From assembly GCA_032027085.1 (NCBI GenBank), contig JAVSMS010000001.1, positions 272,783 to 336,782 of the forward strand: a stretch of 64,000 bases of DNA, given 5' to 3'. Below, in pieces: positions 17,774-26,000 of this stretch; within the stretch, counting starts at the first letter, position 1; each line of letters starts with the position of its first letter. A program made the translations under genes and the position numbers. The stretch is from Pseudorhodoplanes sp. (GTDB lineage: Bacteria; Pseudomonadota; Alphaproteobacteria; Rhizobiales; Xanthobacteraceae). The notes below the pieces were generated by a model. It did no database searches. It saw only the letters and a list, made by a program, of their open reading frames with translations, and was not told the DNA's origin.

Positions 17774-17950
17774 CCTCTGCATTGCTAATCGGCGACAAGG
17801 TTATGATTCCTCAGCCGACCACACCTCGGCACTCTGGTGCAAGCTAATCGCTTACGGCAAAAGAAAATCGCCTTTCGGGCAGCCCACTCGATGCCGCTGC
17901 GCATAATTACAAGTTCATAACTGAGTATCAACAACTACACCGGACGGACA

Positions 17951-19183
17951 ATGAAAAACCTCGTCGTCTGCTGCGATGGAACGGGCAATGAAGTCAGCGA
18001 AAACATCTCGAATGTCCTGAAGCTCTACCGGGTGCTGCGGAAAACCGGCAAAACGAATCCCAAGCAAATTGTCTTCTACGACCCAGGCGTCGGCACCCTT
18101 GCGCGTCCTGATCCTTGGATAAAATTCCGCCAGGATGCGGTCATGGTGCTCGGATTGATGACCGGTTACGGTCTCGATGAGCGTGTCCTCGCGGCATACA
18201 CGTTCTTGATAGACAACTACGACGAAGGTGACGACATCTACTTGTTTGGCTTCAGCCGCGGCGCCTACACCGTCCGCATGCTGGCCGGTCTGATTCACAA
18301 AGTCGGACTGCTCTCTCCGCCGCAGAAGAATTTGGCGGAGGCGGCCCTTGGCTCTTACAAACAGTCGATCGAATTTGATCAATCCGGCGTCGCGGACACC
18401 GAAGCATCCGAAGTCGGCCCCATGTCCCGGGACGATCGCGCGGCCCAATTTGCACGCATAGTTTCGGTACGGTGGCCAACAATAAAATTCCTAGGCGTTT
18501 GGGATACCGTAGCGAGCGTCATCGTTCCCCGACCTGACCGGTTCTACACTTTCAGCCTACAAGAGCTGCCGCATACTCGGCGCAATCCAAGTGTGCGCAT
18601 ATTTCGCCAGGCGATCGCGCTGGATGAACGCCGGCGTATGTTTCGACTGCACGGTTGGGATGAGAAGCAGACCTTTATGCCCAACCGGTTCAGCAAGACC
18701 AACAATAGCGAGCCGCAGGACATAAAACAGGTGTGGTTCGCGGGCGTTCACGCGGACATAGGCGGCGGATATCTAGAGGCAGAAAGCGGTCTATCAAAAT
18801 TCCCATTACTATGGATGATCGGCGAAGCCGTAGCCCAGGGCCTCGCAGTCAACCCGCAGACGGTCAATCAGCTCGCTTGGGGCGTTCAGAGGCGCGGCAG
18901 CCCCTTCTCGTACGTGGCACCGGATAGCGGGCGCGATCCGCATCAATCTCTGACCTCCGCCTGGCGGCCGCTGGAATGGCTTCCGAAATCGGACAAGTAC
19001 AAAGAATGGAAGCGTCTGACATCGTGGTTTGGCCATTACATCCCGAGCGGCGAACCCCGGCCGGTTGAAGACGACGCCTGGATCCATGAATCCGTGTTCA
19101 GGCGCATCGAAGCCGTACCCCATTATCGCCCCGTCAACATGCCGTCGACGCACCGCATCGTACCCATGCTAACCAAGACCTGA
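17951..19183 (+). CDS. DUF2235 alpha/beta hydrolase (Tle1-like phospholipase fold)
   Basis: 410 aa. N-terminal MKNLVVCCDGTGNE, nucleophile elbow LFGFSRGAYTVRMLAGLI, and VWFAGVHADIGGGY. All three are hallmark blocks of DUF2235. Confidence 0.85.
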   Translation: MKNLVVCCDGTGNEVSENISNVLKLYRVLRKTGKTNPKQIVFYDPGVGTLARPDPWIKFRQDAVMVLGLMTGYGLDERVLAAYTFLIDNYDEGDDIYLFGFSRGAYTVRMLAGLIHKVGLLSPPQKNLAEAALGSYKQSIEFDQSGVADTEASEVGPMSRDDRAAQFARIVSVRWPTIKFLGVWDTVASVIVPRPDRFYTFSLQELPHTRRNPSVRIFRQAIALDERRRMFRLHGWDEKQTFMPNRFSKTNNSEPQDIKQVWFAGVHADIGGGYLEAESGLSKFPLLWMIGEAVAQGLAVNPQTVNQLAWGVQRRGSPFSYVAPDSGRDPHQSLTSAWRPLEWLPKSDKYKEWKRLTSWFGHYIPSGEPRPVEDDAWIHESVFRRIEAVPHYRPVNMPSTHRIVPMLTKT

Positions 19184-19212
19184 GCGCCGACTACGAGACT
19201 ACGGTCAGGTTC

Positions 19213-22200
19213 TTGAACGGGCTATTCCGTTTCGGCATGCTCGACCAGCATAGGGTGGGGCAAATGGGGCTCAAGGATCTTGAACGCGACGAACGGACGT
19301 CGATCGACGCCAACGTCGTAAAGCTGGTCAATATACGCAGGTTCACGGCGATCCTGCACCATCTCGAAGCTTTCAAATTCTGGAATCCGCCCGACAGGCG
19401 GAAACCGCTCTGGGAGCACCAGCGCGCGGCGGTCGAGACCGTCACCGCCTATCTGGCCGCCGATCCGCATCTACCGCACCGCCTGACATTGAGGGAGGCA
19501 GCACTGCTGAAGCTGCCGACCGGTACGGGCAAGTCCGGCGTTGTCGCTGTCCTGGCCAGATGCTTGCCCGACGTCAAGCGGACGCTCGTGCTCACGCCGC
19601 GGAAGTCGCTCGTCGCGCAGATGAAAGACGACGTACGCTTCCGCTTCTGGAAGCACCTTCAATATCCGGTCAAGGACGGCGAGACGTTCGTGGCAGACGC
19701 AGCGATGTTCGGCAACGCGATGGACACAGCGTACGTCGAGACGCTGTTGCCGAGCAAGGTCGGTCAGATACTCCAGCACGTGCCCGCGGCCGACAAGGCG
19801 GTATTAGTCGGCACCTACCAGGCTCTCGATGCCATCCGTCGAAGGACGAAGGATCCGCGGCCCAACAGGGCCGCCGCGCGCAAGGCCGCCGAAGAACTTC
19901 TCGATCTGCTACGGCAGTTCGATCTCATCCTCGTCGACGAGGGTCACTACGAACCCGCAATCTCCTGGTCGAAGGGCGTTCGCGAGTTGAACCGGCCCAC
20001 CGTTCTGCTGAGCGCGACGCCCTACCGGAACGACTTCAAGTCGTTCCGGGTCAGCGGCCGCTTCGTGTTCAACTATCCGCATCACGATGCAGTACGCGCG
20101 CACGTTATACGGGACGTCGAAGTGGTAGCTGCGAAAGCGCCGCAGGGGGGATCGGCGACAGAACGATTCGTTTCGGCGCTCGCCGGCACCCTGCCCACCC
20201 TAAAAAAGAAGGCATCAGCGTGGACGGCCACGCCGAAGATCATGGTGCGCGCCGACGACCTCGAAACGTTGTATGATCTACAGAAGCTCATCGACGAGGA
20301 ATTTGGCACGCAGTCAGTGGTTGTTCACGATCGCGCCACTGGTTCGAAGCGCTTTCCTCGCCGGTTCAACGACGTACGCCGCGCGTTTCGCGACGCGCCG
20401 GATGCCGAGTTCTGGCTCCATCAATTCAAGCTGATGGAGGGCGTGGACGATCCGGACTTCATCGTGGCGGCCATCTTCGATCCGCCCAGCAACGGACGTC
20501 AGTTGGTGCAGCAGATTGGGCGAATCGTACGCAATAGTCCGGGACGCCATCGGGTGCAGACCGCCTGGGTCGTCGCCACCGATAAGAACGCCGCCAAGAT
20601 CGAGGGGACGTGGGAGCGCTACAAGGAATACGAGAAGTATTGCGCGAAGGAGACCGACCACATCGTGGCGAACGAAATTGCGCTACCTGATCGCGTTCTC
20701 GAACTCATGCCTCAAAATCAATACATCGGCGGCGAATTCAGAAAGCGGTTCGACAGCAGCGGTGCGCTGTCCGCCGACGATCTGCAACTCCTCACGAGTG
20801 CCGCGGTCTTCGAATGGGAGAGGTCTCAACGCGCCATCGAGGAATTGAAGGAGGCCTTCGAGGACGCGATCATGGAAGAGGACCGCTTTCGCGTCGTTCC
20901 GATCGAGGGACTGCCGCCGGGCTGCGTCGGATACAGCTACTACGCGTGGCGGAATTCGCCGCTGCTGATCGACAAGTTCTTCTCCGAATGGAAACTGGGC
21001 GTGTTCATCGCCGTCCAAGAGGGCGATCTCATGCTGGTCCAGGACACGGAAGGTGTGGTGCTCGACCCGAGCGCCTTGGGATTGAAACCCGCATCGCGGA
21101 ATCTGATGCAGCGCGCCTTCCCCGAAGACTCCCGACGGCAGCCGTCGAAGTTGACCAGGATGGCGTTTGCCTCTCTGGACATGTCCGACAAGGCTATCCG
21201 CACGATGTCGATGCGAACACGCTCGTTCGAGACAACATTCACGGATCTTCTCGACCCGCACCTCGTCCCCACCGCCGCGGCGGGCTTCGTGGCTGGCAGG
21301 GGCCGATACGTGGGATTCGCCACCGCGCGCTTCCGCGACTCAAACGACCGGTTGCCGCTGTACGAATACATCGACTGGACACGGGCGGTCGCGCGCAAGC
21401 TGAGGACGACTGCCGACGGCAGTCCCGTCTTCGGCCGTTACGCGCTGATACGCGATAACATCACAGAGCATGAGGCCCAGCCGGTGACAATCCTCCTGAA
21501 CCTTTCGCGCGACGACCTGCTCGAAGATACGCCGACCGGATCCGAGGCCCGCCGGCTGGCGGACGACCCGGACATCGATCACGACGACCTTTGCGCCGAC
21601 GTCGATGCGGACGGAAACTTCTCGATCAAGGTGCTCGGTAAGCGGATGGACTGCACAGTGTCCTACAATCCCAACTCCGAGCTCTACCGTTTCCTCAGCG
21701 ACGACTTAAACGAGCTGTTCCGCGCAAGGCAGCGGAAAGACCGCGCCCAGGCGCCGACCGCGAGCCAGCGCATCGCCACGCAGCAAAGCTTTCGGATCAT
21801 GGTGACCGCGCCGGGCGTCGTCTACGCCGAGAAGAAATTCTTCGAACCGCGGATAACGCTACGTCAGCCAGATGGCAGCATTCCGATCCTGGACGACGTG
21901 CACACCGTGCCGATCCTCGGCAACGTAAAGAGCGAAAAGGGCGAAGCTTTCTTCGCTAACCGGGCGCGATGGCGAAGGGAATCGGTATTTGGCGTCGTCG
22001 AAGCGATCTGCCGCGAAAGGAACGCCAAGCACAGGCGCAGCAATTGGAAGGCGCTCGGCGAAGCGCTGGGCCGCTATCCGCTCGTAATCTGTGACGACGA
22101 TAGCAAGGAGATCGCGGATTTTATCGCGGTCGACCCCGCGAACAGGCGAGTCGCATTTCTACACGGCAAGGCGCTCAAGGACGGCGTCGGCCAATATCAC

Positions 22201-22593
22201 GTCGACACACTCCAGGAAGTCGGGCGTCAGGCAGCGGCTTCTCTGGCGTTCCTCACGCGGACGCCGCCGCCCCAAGGCTGGGAGCCGCGGCGCTGGGGAC
22301 AGAACGTCCAAGCCAACCGGAGGACGCTAAACGGACGCAGCCGTACATTCAAGAACGCAAACGGACTGACGCCGCAGCAGATCACCGATACGCTCCGGAC
22401 CGCGTGCGGTAATGCCAGTTACACACGCGAAGTCTGGATCGTCGCCGGGAACATGCTCGACCGCGAAATCGTCCGCAACGCCATCGCGCGGAACAATCTG
22501 AACAACCGCTTGTGGCAGTTCCTAATCCATTGGGAAGGGCTTCGTACGGCTTGCGGCAGAGCCGGCGCGCATCTCTCGCTTTTTTGCCATTGA
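19213..22593 (+). CDS. SF2 (ResIII/DEAD-like) helicase with a ~600-aa uncharacterised C-terminal extension
   Basis: 1126 aa. Walker A LKLPTGTGKSG (nt 19513-19536), DEGH box LILVDEGHY, LLSATPYRND, and motif VI-like QQIGRIVRN. The C-terminus has a possible nuclease-like block VICDDDSKEIADFIAVDPANRRVAFLHGKA (about nt 22081-22172). The start lies 30 nt after the DUF2235 stop; alternative Met at 19264. Confidence 0.85.
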   Translation: MNGLFRFGMLDQHRVGQMGLKDLERDERTSIDANVVKLVNIRRFTAILHHLEAFKFWNPPDRRKPLWEHQRAAVETVTAYLAADPHLPHRLTLREAALLKLPTGTGKSGVVAVLARCLPDVKRTLVLTPRKSLVAQMKDDVRFRFWKHLQYPVKDGETFVADAAMFGNAMDTAYVETLLPSKVGQILQHVPAADKAVLVGTYQALDAIRRRTKDPRPNRAAARKAAEELLDLLRQFDLILVDEGHYEPAISWSKGVRELNRPTVLLSATPYRNDFKSFRVSGRFVFNYPHHDAVRAHVIRDVEVVAAKAPQGGSATERFVSALAGTLPTLKKKASAWTATPKIMVRADDLETLYDLQKLIDEEFGTQSVVVHDRATGSKRFPRRFNDVRRAFRDAPDAEFWLHQFKLMEGVDDPDFIVAAIFDPPSNGRQLVQQIGRIVRNSPGRHRVQTAWVVATDKNAAKIEGTWERYKEYEKYCAKETDHIVANEIALPDRVLELMPQNQYIGGEFRKRFDSSGALSADDLQLLTSAAVFEWERSQRAIEELKEAFEDAIMEEDRFRVVPIEGLPPGCVGYSYYAWRNSPLLIDKFFSEWKLGVFIAVQEGDLMLVQDTEGVVLDPSALGLKPASRNLMQRAFPEDSRRQPSKLTRMAFASLDMSDKAIRTMSMRTRSFETTFTDLLDPHLVPTAAAGFVAGRGRYVGFATARFRDSNDRLPLYEYIDWTRAVARKLRTTADGSPVFGRYALIRDNITEHEAQPVTILLNLSRDDLLEDTPTGSEARRLADDPDIDHDDLCADVDADGNFSIKVLGKRMDCTVSYNPNSELYRFLSDDLNELFRARQRKDRAQAPTASQRIATQQSFRIMVTAPGVVYAEKKFFEPRITLRQPDGSIPILDDVHTVPILGNVKSEKGEAFFANRARWRRESVFGVVEAICRERNAKHRRSNWKALGEALGRYPLVICDDDSKEIADFIAVDPANRRVAFLHGKALKDGVGQYHVDTLQEVGRQAAASLAFLTRTPPPQGWEPRRWGQNVQANRRTLNGRSRTFKNANGLTPQQITDTLRTACGNASYTREVWIVAGNMLDREIVRNAIARNNLNNRLWQFLIHWEGLRTACGRAGAHLSLFCH

Positions 22594-22691
22594 TCGCAAG
22601 GCGTGAAACCATCATTAAGTTGCGCACCATGAGTATTCGGTCATTCACTCGATGCAAAATTTTGTACTGAGTGTAGTTCTGCTTGAACGAG

Positions 22692-22913
22692 GTCCCAGGC
22701 ACACAGATACGCGCCAGTCTCCGGCCCAATTCTCTCGAAAACGGGAGTGTGCGCCGTGTTGTGCGGAGACGGCGGCGCAATATCGGGCAAGATTCGCCGT
22801 CTCTCGTAACGCAGAGACGAATATGGCGGTGATGATCCGCCGAATTCGCCGCAGAAACCGTCATTATTCAGGAGAGACACTGAACGCGACAAAATCGATG
22901 GACTGGCTGGCTG
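22692..22913. repeat. copy A of a ~210-bp structured repeat (copy B at 62676..62900)
   Basis: Aligns from AGATACGCGCCAGTCTCC (22705) to TGGCTGGCTGG (22913) with copy B, with most positions identical by eye. Both copies contain conserved GTCTC/GAGAC helices. Confidence 0.8.
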
Positions 22914-22942
22914 GCACCACAGTCCGATACGCACCCTGCTCC

Positions 22943-23100
22943 GCAGAATTCCCTGCAAACAGGGAATTCTGCAGGGAATTTCCGCAAATTCGGGCCATCT
23001 CAGAGATTTCTGCGCACAAATCGCTCCGAAATTCAATGCGTTAGCAGCCATTTCCCTAAACTCAATAGCAGGGAATTTCAAAACAAGAGCAGGGAATCTT
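22943..23100. repeat. array of CAGGGAAT motifs including a perfect 13-bp inverted repeat
   Basis: GCAGAATTCCCTG (22943-22955), caaa, CAGGGAATTCTGC (22960-22972). Further CAGGGAAT(T/C)T copies at about 22972, 23050 (inverted), 23069 and 23090, and one more at about 25735 beyond the IS66 element. Confidence 0.75.
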
Positions 23101-23181
23101 AAATCGCTATGTAAGCGTCCATCCCTCGCACACTTGTCCCAAGTCTCATGAACACGATCTGTTCTCGCTCTCGATTTCTAA

Positions 23182-23736
23182 ATGAGGAGAGGACAGATGG
23201 CGAGCGAACAACGACCGTGGAAGCGTCAGCGCGAGGCCTTCTGGCGAGCGCATCATGAGGCGTGGAAGTGTAGCGACTTGAATCAGCGGCAATATTGCGA
23301 GTTTCACGGCTTGCCGCAGAAGGCATTCGAGAACTGGCGCCAGATGTTCAGGCTCGAACCGGAGCCCCCACAGCGCAAGTTGCTCTATCGGTGCCGGCCA
23401 ATAAGACCTCCCCTAAGTCCGCCCGTTAGTCCTCCCCTAATTCCGGGGGCTTATCCCTCCTCGCAGCTGGCGGCTCCCATTGTTCAGCGGCCGCGCGAGG
23501 GGCACCGGCGCCGGTTCAGCGACGCAGATAAGCGATGGATTCTCCAAGAGGCAGCCCGACCTGCGGCGAGTGCCGCGGAGGTGGCGCGCCGGTATGGCAT
23601 CGATCAGCGTCTTCTACGTCGATGGAAAAATGAACTGACGGAGGCAACACCGACCTTCGCCACGGTACAGATCACCGATGCGGCTGCGCCGACTGCTCCG
23701 ACTGCTCCGACCACTGACGAGGAGGCCCTGTCATGA
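23182..23736 (+). CDS. tnpA: IS66 Orf1 (TnpA accessory protein)
   Basis: First ORF of the IS66 unit. Probable start at MASEQRPW (23197). Overlaps tnpB by ATGA. Confidence 0.75.
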   Translation: MRRGQMASEQRPWKRQREAFWRAHHEAWKCSDLNQRQYCEFHGLPQKAFENWRQMFRLEPEPPQRKLLYRCRPIRPPLSPPVSPPLIPGAYPSSQLAAPIVQRPREGHRRRFSDADKRWILQEAARPAASAAEVARRYGIDQRLLRRWKNELTEATPTFATVQITDAAAPTAPTAPTTDEEALS

Positions 23737-24089
23737 CGTTGCTTCCTCCGAACGTGAAGGTGCACCTGGCGTTGAGCTACATAGACATGCGCAAGGGCAT
23801 CGACGGACTCGCCATGTTGGTGCAAGGCGTCCTGCGCCAGGATCCGTTCACCGGCCACCTGTTCGCCTTCCGGGGCCGCAGCCGCGCCAACCTCATCAAG
23901 ATTGTGTACTGGGACGGGACCGGCTTTTGTCTGTTCACCAAACGGCTCGAGCACGGCGTCTTCCTGTGGCCTCCGAGCATCGAGCCCGGCAAGACGCTGT
24001 CGCTGACCTCGGCGCAGTTATCGCTACTGATCGATGGTGTCGATTGGCGGGCGCCGGAACAGCGATGGCGGCCGGCGGTGGCGGGATGA
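23733..24089 (+). CDS. tnpB: IS66 Orf2 (TnpB accessory protein)
   Basis: 118 aa. VHLALSYIDMRKGIDGLAMLVQGVLRQDPFTGHLFAFRGRSRANLIKIVYWDGTGFCLFTKRLE is the canonical IS66 TnpB sequence pattern. Confidence 0.9.
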   Translation: MTLLPPNVKVHLALSYIDMRKGIDGLAMLVQGVLRQDPFTGHLFAFRGRSRANLIKIVYWDGTGFCLFTKRLEHGVFLWPPSIEPGKTLSLTSAQLSLLIDGVDWRAPEQRWRPAVAG

Positions 24090-24127
24090 TCGCTGCGGCG
24101 GATTGACTCAACGGCACGTCGCTTGGT

Positions 24128-25702
24128 GTGGCGGTCTGCGAGTCAGGATATATTCCGCTCATGGACATCGATCTTGCCGCTCTGCCGGACGATGTGGAGA
24201 CGCTGCAGAATCTGGTGCGCTCGCTCGCGGCCGAGCGCGCCAGCCTCAGCGAAGCAAAGGCCGAGATCGAACGGCTCAACCTCATCATCAAGAAGCTGCA
24301 GCGTAGTCAATTCGGCCGGCGCGCCGAGCGGCTCGATGACGATCAACTGCAGCTCGGCCTCGAAGACATCAACACCGACGTTGCGCGCGTCGAAGCCAGC
24401 CTTCCGCTTCCAACAGCCGAGACCGAGACGCCGAAGGCACAGTGCGAGCGGCCGAGCCTTCCGGCGCATCTCGCCCGCGAGCACGTTCATCTCGATATCG
24501 AACATGAGGCCTGTCCCTGCTGTGGCGGCCCGCTTCATCTGATCGGCGAGACTGTCAGCGAGATGCTCGATCATGTGCCGGCGCGGCTGCGGGTGATCCG
24601 CATCCGTCGGCCGCGCTATGGCTGCCGGGCCTGCGGGACTATCCACCAGGCACCGGCTCCGGAGCGGCCCATCGCCAAGGGTCTGGCCACGCCTGGCCTC
24701 CTGGCTCACGTGCTGGTCTCCAAGTATTGCGACCACCTCCCTCTGTATCGGCAGAGCCAGATCTTCGCCCGGCAGGGTGTCGAGCTCGACCGCTCGACGC
24801 TGGCCAATTGGGTCGGTGGCGCCGTCTGGTGGCTGGAGCCGCTGCAGGCGCGGCTCGCCGAGCATGTGTTCGCCTCGCAGACGCTGTTCGCCGACGACAC
24901 GCCGATCCCGGTGCTCGATCCTGGCCGAGGTCGCACCAAGACCGGACGGCTCTGGGTCTATGCCCGTGATGATCGGCCCTGGAACGGACCTGAGCCACCG
25001 GCGGCGGTTTACTTCTACAGTCCGGATCGGAGGGCCGAACGTCCCGCGTCCCATCTCAAAGGATTCCGCGGCACTCTGCAGGTCGACGGCTATGCCGGCT
25101 TTGAGCGGCTGACCGACCGCGGTGACATCGTGCTGGCGGCTTGCTGGGCCCATGCCCGGCGCAAGTTCTACGAGGTGCACGAGGCGACCGGCTCACCGAT
25201 CGCGGCCGAAGCGCTCAGCCGTATCGCCGAACTCTACGCGATCGAAGCAAGCATCCGGGGCCAAGCGGCCCAGGCAAGACAAACCAAACGCCAGGTCAAG
25301 TCGTCGCCGCTGGTCCGAGCCATGAAGATCTGGTTCGAGGCCCAACTCAGTCGGATCCCGCCGAAAGGCGCTCTGGCCGATGCGATCCGTTATGCGCTGG
25401 CCCGATGGGAAGCTCTCTGCCGATTCCTCGGTGACGGCCGCATCGAGCTCGACAACAACACGGTCGAACGCGCCATCCGCCCCATCGCGCTCGGCCGCAA
25501 GAACCATCTGTTCGCCGGCTCCGATGGCGGGGCAGTCCGCTGGGCGGTCATCGCCTCCCTCCTGGCAACCGCGAAGCTCAACGATGTCGAGCCATTCGCC
25601 TACCTCAAGGACGTGCTGGAACGCATGTCCAACGGCCATCCCATGAGCCGGCTCGATGACCTGCTGCCGTGGAACTGGGGCCCTCTAGCCACCGCAGCCT
25701 GA
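24128..25702 (+). CDS. tnpC: IS66-family transposase (TnpC)
   Basis: 524 aa. Leucine-zipper-like N-terminus, CxxC zinc finger (CPCCGGPLHLIGE), and the DDE region with LFADDTPIPVL...LQVDGYAGF. The start may be MDIDLAAL at 24161. Confidence 0.9.
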   Translation: MAVCESGYIPLMDIDLAALPDDVETLQNLVRSLAAERASLSEAKAEIERLNLIIKKLQRSQFGRRAERLDDDQLQLGLEDINTDVARVEASLPLPTAETETPKAQCERPSLPAHLAREHVHLDIEHEACPCCGGPLHLIGETVSEMLDHVPARLRVIRIRRPRYGCRACGTIHQAPAPERPIAKGLATPGLLAHVLVSKYCDHLPLYRQSQIFARQGVELDRSTLANWVGGAVWWLEPLQARLAEHVFASQTLFADDTPIPVLDPGRGRTKTGRLWVYARDDRPWNGPEPPAAVYFYSPDRRAERPASHLKGFRGTLQVDGYAGFERLTDRGDIVLAACWAHARRKFYEVHEATGSPIAAEALSRIAELYAIEASIRGQAAQARQTKRQVKSSPLVRAMKIWFEAQLSRIPPKGALADAIRYALARWEALCRFLGDGRIELDNNTVERAIRPIALGRKNHLFAGSDGGAVRWAVIASLLATAKLNDVEPFAYLKDVLERMSNGHPMSRLDDLLPWNWGPLATAA

Positions 25703-25730
25703 GCGACGTGCTAGAAATGGACGGTTACAC

Positions 25731-25880
25731 AAGAACAGGGAATTTGAAATCGCTATGAGGGATTCGAGGTGCACGCTTGTTTGGTCTCTCGCGAACACGA
25801 TCTGTTCTCGGCTCTCGATTTACAGATTGAGGAGAGCGAGATGGCGAGAACGGAGCGTGGACGCGTCAAGGTGAGGCTTT
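25731..25880 (+). mobile_element. IS66-family left-end remnant (flank, 5' UTR and first ~10 codons of a tnpA)
   Basis: CAGGGAATTTGAAATCGCTAT...GAACACGATCTGTTCTCGGCTCTCGATTTACAGATTGAGGAGAGCGAGATGGCGAGAACGG parallels 23089..23250. Similarity stops near TTCTGGCGG (about 25880). Confidence 0.65.
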
Positions 25881-26000
25881 CTGGCGGCCGGCCCCTCCCC
25901 CCGGCCAAAGCCAGCGAATAGCAATACCGCAACCGTCCAGACCGCCGACAGAAACTCGGCCTTGTGTTGCACCTGCAAACCGGCCCCCGCACATTCTTCG

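Larger units (their letters stand above)
23110..25729 (+). mobile_element. IS66-family insertion sequence (about 2.6 kb)
   Basis: Three-ORF IS66 organisation. The terminal inverted repeats are TGTAAGCGTCCATCCCTCGCAC (left) and the reverse complement of GTGCTAGAAATGGACGGTTACA (right), matching at about 18 of 22 positions. Confidence 0.85.

Noticed and set aside
22705-22913. Cobalamin riboswitch (the minus strand contains GCCACTG and GGAGACTGGC, reminiscent of the B12 box)
   Set aside because: The other conserved cobalamin-riboswitch elements and their order could not be matched by eye. The resemblance is limited to two short strings, and a covariance-model search would be needed.
24143-25180. 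345-aa minus-strand ORF inside IS66
   Set aside because: It lies antisense to the clearly recognisable IS66 TnpC transposase and has no motifs, so it is a GC-rich shadow frame. The same reasoning applies to the other long antisense ORFs in the track, for example 20683..21261, 28123..28839, 46260..46910, 48506..49111 and 56435..57034.
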